DNA of 64,000 nucleotides from Bacteroidota bacterium (GTDB lineage: Bacteria > Bacteroidota > Bacteroidia > Flavobacteriales > BACL11): assembly GCA_036141595.1 (NCBI GenBank), contig JAYZXD010000026.1, forward strand, positions 2,287 through 66,286, read 5' to 3'. Under the pieces are notes generated by a model that had not been told where the DNA came from, searched no databases, and saw nothing but the letters and a program-made list of their open reading frames with translations. The position numbers and the translations under genes were made by a program. Each line of letters opens with the position of its first letter. The first letter of the stretch is position 1. This document shows positions 61,000 through 64,000 of this stretch, piece after piece.

Positions 61000-61875
61000 A
61001 TGTTAAAAAATAAAATATTAGTTCCAATAGGATTTTCAGAACAGTCAATTTGTGCTTTAGAGCAGGCTATAAATCTAGCTAAGATAAACAATTCAGACAT
61101 TGTTCTATTGTCTGTAATTAAAGAACAAAGTACTATACAATCATTATTTTTAGATGATAATTCAGAGGAATTAAAAGTCAAAGTTAAAGACAAGCTGGAT
61201 AGTCTAGCTTTAGAATATCATCAAAAGAAAAATATTTCAATTGATACTATGATTGCAAAAGGCAAAATTTATGAACAAATTAATATAGTTGCTGACATTA
61301 TTTCTGCAGATTTAATTGTTATGGGGACAAATGGCTCACAAGGAAGAAAGAGTAAAACTATCGGTTCCAATGCTGAAAAGGTTGTAAGGCTAGCTAAATG
61401 TCCTGTTATTACAATTAAGGGTAAAGATCATAGAAAAGGATGTAAAAATATTATACTTCCTTTAGATATGGAAAAAGAAACTAAGGAAAAGGTTACTTAT
61501 GCATTGGAATATGCAAGATATTGGGATGCTACAGTACGAGTAGTTTCTGTTTTGTTGGAAGACAATAATTTAGTTAAAGAAAAATTAATTAAAAATATTA
61601 ATCAGGTTAGAGATTTCATAACAAAAGCTGGTGTTAATTGTACTTCAGAATTAGTTGAGGGTGAAAAGAAACAAACATTAGGTGATTTTGTGTTTGAATA
61701 CAGTAAGAAATTTGAAGCAGATTTAATTATAATTATGACTAAAAAAGAAGAATTGTCATTCTCTAATAACATAAGTGTAACAGCTAGATACATAATTAAT
61801 AATTCTGAAATCCCTGTTATGAGCGTAAAACCTAAAGAATCAAAATACATTAGTCCTCCAACTACTTCCTTTTGA
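61000..61875 (+). CDS. Universal stress protein, tandem UspA domains
   Basis: 291 aa with two Usp modules. The first contains ADLIVMGTNGSQG...GSNAEKVVRLAKCPVITI and the second contains ADLIIIMTKKE...INNSEIPVMSV. Confidence 0.75.
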   Translation: MLKNKILVPIGFSEQSICALEQAINLAKINNSDIVLLSVIKEQSTIQSLFLDDNSEELKVKVKDKLDSLALEYHQKKNISIDTMIAKGKIYEQINIVADIISADLIVMGTNGSQGRKSKTIGSNAEKVVRLAKCPVITIKGKDHRKGCKNIILPLDMEKETKEKVTYALEYARYWDATVRVVSVLLEDNNLVKEKLIKNINQVRDFITKAGVNCTSELVEGEKKQTLGDFVFEYSKKFEADLIIIMTKKEELSFSNNISVTARYIINNSEIPVMSVKPKESKYISPPTTSF

Positions 61876-62351
61876 TGAATTTAGTTACCAAACTATACAA
61901 TGTTTGTAAAAGCAATAATTTAACTATTGCCACAGCAGAAAGTTGTACTTCTGGTCTTATCTCATCAACAATTTGTTCAATAAGTGGTGCTTCATCTATT
62001 TTTAAAGGTGGTATAATTGCTTATCAGGACATTATAAAAATAAATCAATTGGGCATACCTAAAGCATTAATTGAAAAAGAAACTTCTGTATGCATAGAGG
62101 TAGCAAAAAAAATGGCTGAAAATTCATTAAAAATTTTCAAGTCAGATTATTCTATTTCTTCTACTGGATATACTGGTCCAAATGGTGGAAATAATAAATA
62201 TCCCATAGGAACTGTGTTTATTGCTATTTCAAATAAAAAGGAGACATACGTAAAGCATTTTTTTCTAACTGGTTCAAGAAAATCTGTTGTTAATCAAGTT
62301 GTTCAAAATGCGATTCAATTATTGATTATACAAATAAAAAAAAATCAGTAA
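61872..62351 (+). CDS. CinA C-terminal domain protein (nicotinamide-nucleotide amidohydrolase PncC-like)
   Basis: 159 aa. TIATAESCTSGLISSTICSISGASSIFKGGIIAYQD is typical of this domain. It overlaps the upstream gene with ATGA. Confidence 0.8.
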   Translation: MMNLVTKLYNVCKSNNLTIATAESCTSGLISSTICSISGASSIFKGGIIAYQDIIKINQLGIPKALIEKETSVCIEVAKKMAENSLKIFKSDYSISSTGYTGPNGGNNKYPIGTVFIAISNKKETYVKHFFLTGSRKSVVNQVVQNAIQLLIIQIKKNQ

Positions 62352-62377
62352 TAGAACTTTTATTTTATTTTAGATTG

Positions 62378-62385
62378 TATATTTG
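62378..62385 (+). promoter_or_regulatory. Candidate -7 promoter box TATATTTG upstream of rpmB
   Basis: Matches TAnnTTTG, 18 nt upstream of the ATG at 62404, consistent with a short leader. The TTG start listed in the ORF track (62383) lies inside this box. Confidence 0.3.
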
Positions 62386-62403
62386 CACACAAAATTTTTG
62401 AAA

Positions 62404-62643
62404 ATGTCTAAGATTTGTCAAATTACTGGAAAAAAAGTAATGGTTGGAAATAACGTTTCACACGCAAACAATAAAAACAAAAGAAAGTTTTATCCAAACT
62501 TGCAAACTAAAAAGTTTTTTGTTCCTGAAACTGGAGAAACAGTAATATTAAAAGTCTCTGCTAAGGCAATTAGAACCATTAATAAAAATGGTATTGCATC
62601 TGTTTTAGCTAAAGCTAAATCAAACGGTAATATTCTCGTTTAA
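62404..62643 (+). CDS. rpmB: 50S ribosomal protein L28
   Basis: MSKICQITGKKVMVGNNVSHANNKNKRKFYPNLQ is canonical L28. The upstream extension from TTG at 62383 is unlikely. Confidence 0.9.
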   Translation: MSKICQITGKKVMVGNNVSHANNKNKRKFYPNLQTKKFFVPETGETVILKVSAKAIRTINKNGIASVLAKAKSNGNILV

Positions 62644-62716
62644 TCTTCTAAAAGTATTTTACAAATAAGTTGTTATATTTGGAAAATAATACTTTCTAAT
62701 TTTAAATAATATTATT

Positions 62717-63331
62717 ATGAAAAAAAATAAATTAAGTTTATTGTTTTTATCAGCTTTAATTTTTATGATTTCATCTTGTAAAAAAGAAGAATCAATATTA
62801 GGTTGTACAGATTCTACAATGTTTAATTACAATCCAGAAGCTACCGAAGATGATGGTTCGTGTATATCAATAATTTTAGGTTGTACAAATGCAACAATGT
62901 TTAATTATAATCCTAACGCAAATACAGATGATGGAAGTTGTTTATCGGCTTTTGATGTTGCTTTAGGTGAATGGGATATCAACCCTGATTGTGATGAGTT
63001 TACTATACCAGTTATTGGTACTACAATTTCATTAAACGATCAGCTACCTGAATCCATAGAGGTTATGGGAAGTAACGATATTCTTTTTATAGAAATTGGT
63101 GAAACAGAAGTTAATGGTACCATTGATAATTTTGGTATTATAATAGTTCCTTCACAAACTGTATCAATTGATATGGGTTTTGGTCCAATGGATATTGAAG
63201 TTGAGGGAGATGGTATAATTTTGACAGAATCATCTGGAAATATAGATCTAACATATTCATTTGAAATAGAAATGATTCCAAACTTTCCTATTACAGAATC
63301 TTTAGATTGTTCAATTTCTTTATCCAAGTAA
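62717..63331 (+). CDS. Lipoprotein with two tandem Cys-bounded CTDxxxxNYNPxAxxDDGSC modules and an acidic C-terminal domain
   Basis: 204 aa with a lipobox (MISSCKKE). The rest of the protein has no family I can recognise. Confidence 0.55.
   Translation: MKKNKLSLLFLSALIFMISSCKKEESILGCTDSTMFNYNPEATEDDGSCISIILGCTNATMFNYNPNANTDDGSCLSAFDVALGEWDINPDCDEFTIPVIGTTISLNDQLPESIEVMGSNDILFIEIGETEVNGTIDNFGIIIVPSQTVSIDMGFGPMDIEVEGDGIILTESSGNIDLTYSFEIEMIPNFPITESLDCSISLSK
62798..62941 (+). repeat. Tandem 78-bp (26-aa) coding repeat, two copies
   Basis: Copy 1 is LGCTDSTMFNYNPEATEDDGSC and copy 2 is LGCTNATMFNYNPNANTDDGSC, 26 residues apart. The similarity is also visible in the DNA (ttaggttgtaca...atgtttaattaYaatcc...gatgatgg). 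Confidence 0.8.
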
Positions 63332-63342
63332 TATTAATTTAG

Positions 63343-64000
63343 ATGAAGTGGATCTCTCTTTTGTTATTACTAACAAATAGTTCACTAATTTTCTCTCATG
63401 ATTTTAACAAAGGTGATACTTTGCGAGGTTTCTTGAGCGAATACAGGTCGTGTTACGATGTTAAATTTTATGATTTACGGGTTACTATAGATGATCAAGA
63501 AAAGTCTATTGAGCAGTCTTCAAACACAATACACTTTCTAGCCCTAGCTGATTTCAGTACTTTTCAAATAGATTTAGCATCCAATATGCAAATTACATGC
63601 ATTGAATTCGAAGGAGATAGTTTACAATTTACAAGAAGTTTTGATGCGGTTTTTGTAAATTTCAACAGGAAAATTTTTATGAACGAGAATAACAAGATTA
63701 CCGTTCATTATTGGGGTTATCCAAAAGAAGCTAAAAATCCACCCTGGGATGGAGGATTCTCATGGCAAACAGATGAAAATAATAAGCCGTGGATAGGTGT
63801 TTCGTGTCAGGGTATAGGCGCTAGTTTGTGGTGGCCATGTAAGGACCATCAATCTGATAAGCCTGATAGTATGCTAATAACAATTGCGGCACGTGATCCA
63901 TTGAAAATCATATCAAATGGAAATTTAATTGAAGAAAATATTGTTTGGAATTCATACTATAGCTCATGGATGAATGTAAGCAAGTGGTTTGTTTCATATC
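63343..64000 (+). CDS. M1-family metallopeptidase (aminopeptidase N-like), N-terminal fragment; 3' end lies outside the window
   Basis: This is not in the ORF track because no stop is reached. Hand translation from the ATG at 63343 gives MKWISLLLLLTNSSLIFS HDFNKGDTLRGFLSEYRSCYDVKFYDLRVTID...PPWDGGFSWQTDENNKPWIGVSCQGIGASLWWPCKDHQSDKPDS. This matches the N-terminal beta-domain signature of Bacteroidetes M1 peptidases. The HEXXH motif would lie beyond the window. Confidence 0.65.
   Translation, partial: MKWISLLLLLTNSSLIFSHDFNKGDTLRGFLSEYRSCYDVKFYDLRVTIDDQEKSIEQSSNTIHFLALADFSTFQIDLASNMQITCIEFEGDSLQFTRSFDAVFVNFNRKIFMNENNKITVHYWGYPKEAKNPPWDGGFSWQTDENNKPWIGVSCQGIGASLWWPCKDHQSDKPDSMLITIAARDPLKIISNGNLIEENIVWNSYYSSWMNVSKWFVSY

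Noticed and set aside
62644-62716. Absence of rpmG (L33) and DUF4295 genes after rpmB, although these commonly follow rpmB in Bacteroidetes
   Set aside because: The 73-bp spacer cannot hold an L33 gene, so the genes are simply located elsewhere. This is a synteny difference that cannot be evaluated from one window.
1-64000. Search for mobile elements, CRISPR arrays, tRNA/rRNA/ncRNA genes, toxin-antitoxin pairs or defence islands
   Set aside because: None was found. There are no transposase, integrase or recombinase-like ORFs and no direct-repeat/spacer arrays. All intergenic spacers are at most about 175 bp, AT-rich and without obvious conserved RNA structure. Nearly every ORF of 60 aa or more outside the shadow frames has a housekeeping or envelope function. 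Covariance-model scans (tRNAscan-SE, Infernal/Rfam) would be needed to exclude small RNAs formally.

Overview
Overall: a low-GC (about 30% G+C by eye), very gene-dense chromosomal core segment of a Bacteroidota organism, most likely a streamlined Flavobacteriia-type bacterium. The taxonomic call rests on T9SS C-terminal sorting domains, SprB repeats, DUF1573 and DUF5683 proteins, a long NusB, bshA and TAnnTTTG promoter-like boxes. I support about 58 protein-coding genes. I see no rRNA, tRNA, CRISPR array, transposase, integrase or prophage signature. Intergenic spacers are at most about 175 bp and AT-rich, leaving little room for structured RNAs.

Content in order:
- a T9SS-type adhesin fragment and a Kv-type K+ channel
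- an AddA/AddB-like helicase-nuclease pair
- two large T9SS-secreted proteases (metzincin with SprB repeats, and a C25 gingipain-like peptidase)
- ruvX, uvrA, an ECF-type sigma factor, nth and recA
- the thrS-infC-rpmI-rplT block
- an acyl-CoA carboxylase beta subunit, a WbqC-like gene, lepB, dapB, a DUF5683 gene, parB, parA, a PUR-like gene and an ABC exporter
- leucine dehydrogenase, nusB, a DUF1573 gene and yajC
- an EEP-family gene, two rhomboid genes and mutL
- a GH3/beta-lactamase fusion, bshA and coaE
- rlmD, rocD, a ybaN-like gene, a TonB-dependent receptor and a Trx-like T9SS protein
- a fused methylmalonyl-CoA mutase, an ftsB-like gene, a TP-methylase-family methyltransferase, a frameshifted LMW-PTP and dnaA
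- a split 5'-nucleotidase, a thioesterase, a nucleoside phosphorylase, a Usp protein, a CinA-like gene, rpmB, a lipoprotein and an M1 peptidase fragment

I do not see a convincing self-contained novel system such as a defence island or mobile element. This reads as ordinary core genome.

Observations most worth a second look:
1. An LMW protein-tyrosine phosphatase directly downstream of dnaA is split by a frameshift inside an A10 tract, yet both halves keep all catalytic motifs.
2. The endonuclease III lacks the entire 4Fe-4S cysteine cluster.
3. uvrA sits divergent from an ECF sigma, orf61, nth, recA gene string, which could be a DNA-damage module.
4. A single polypeptide fuses a MutA-like region to a MutB-type B12 mutase.
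5. A short Cys-bounded module recurs in unlinked secreted proteins.
6. infC has no canonical start codon upstream of its conserved N-terminus.

Limits: all protein identifications come from motif recognition by eye on the supplied translations. No database search, HMM or folding computation was run.
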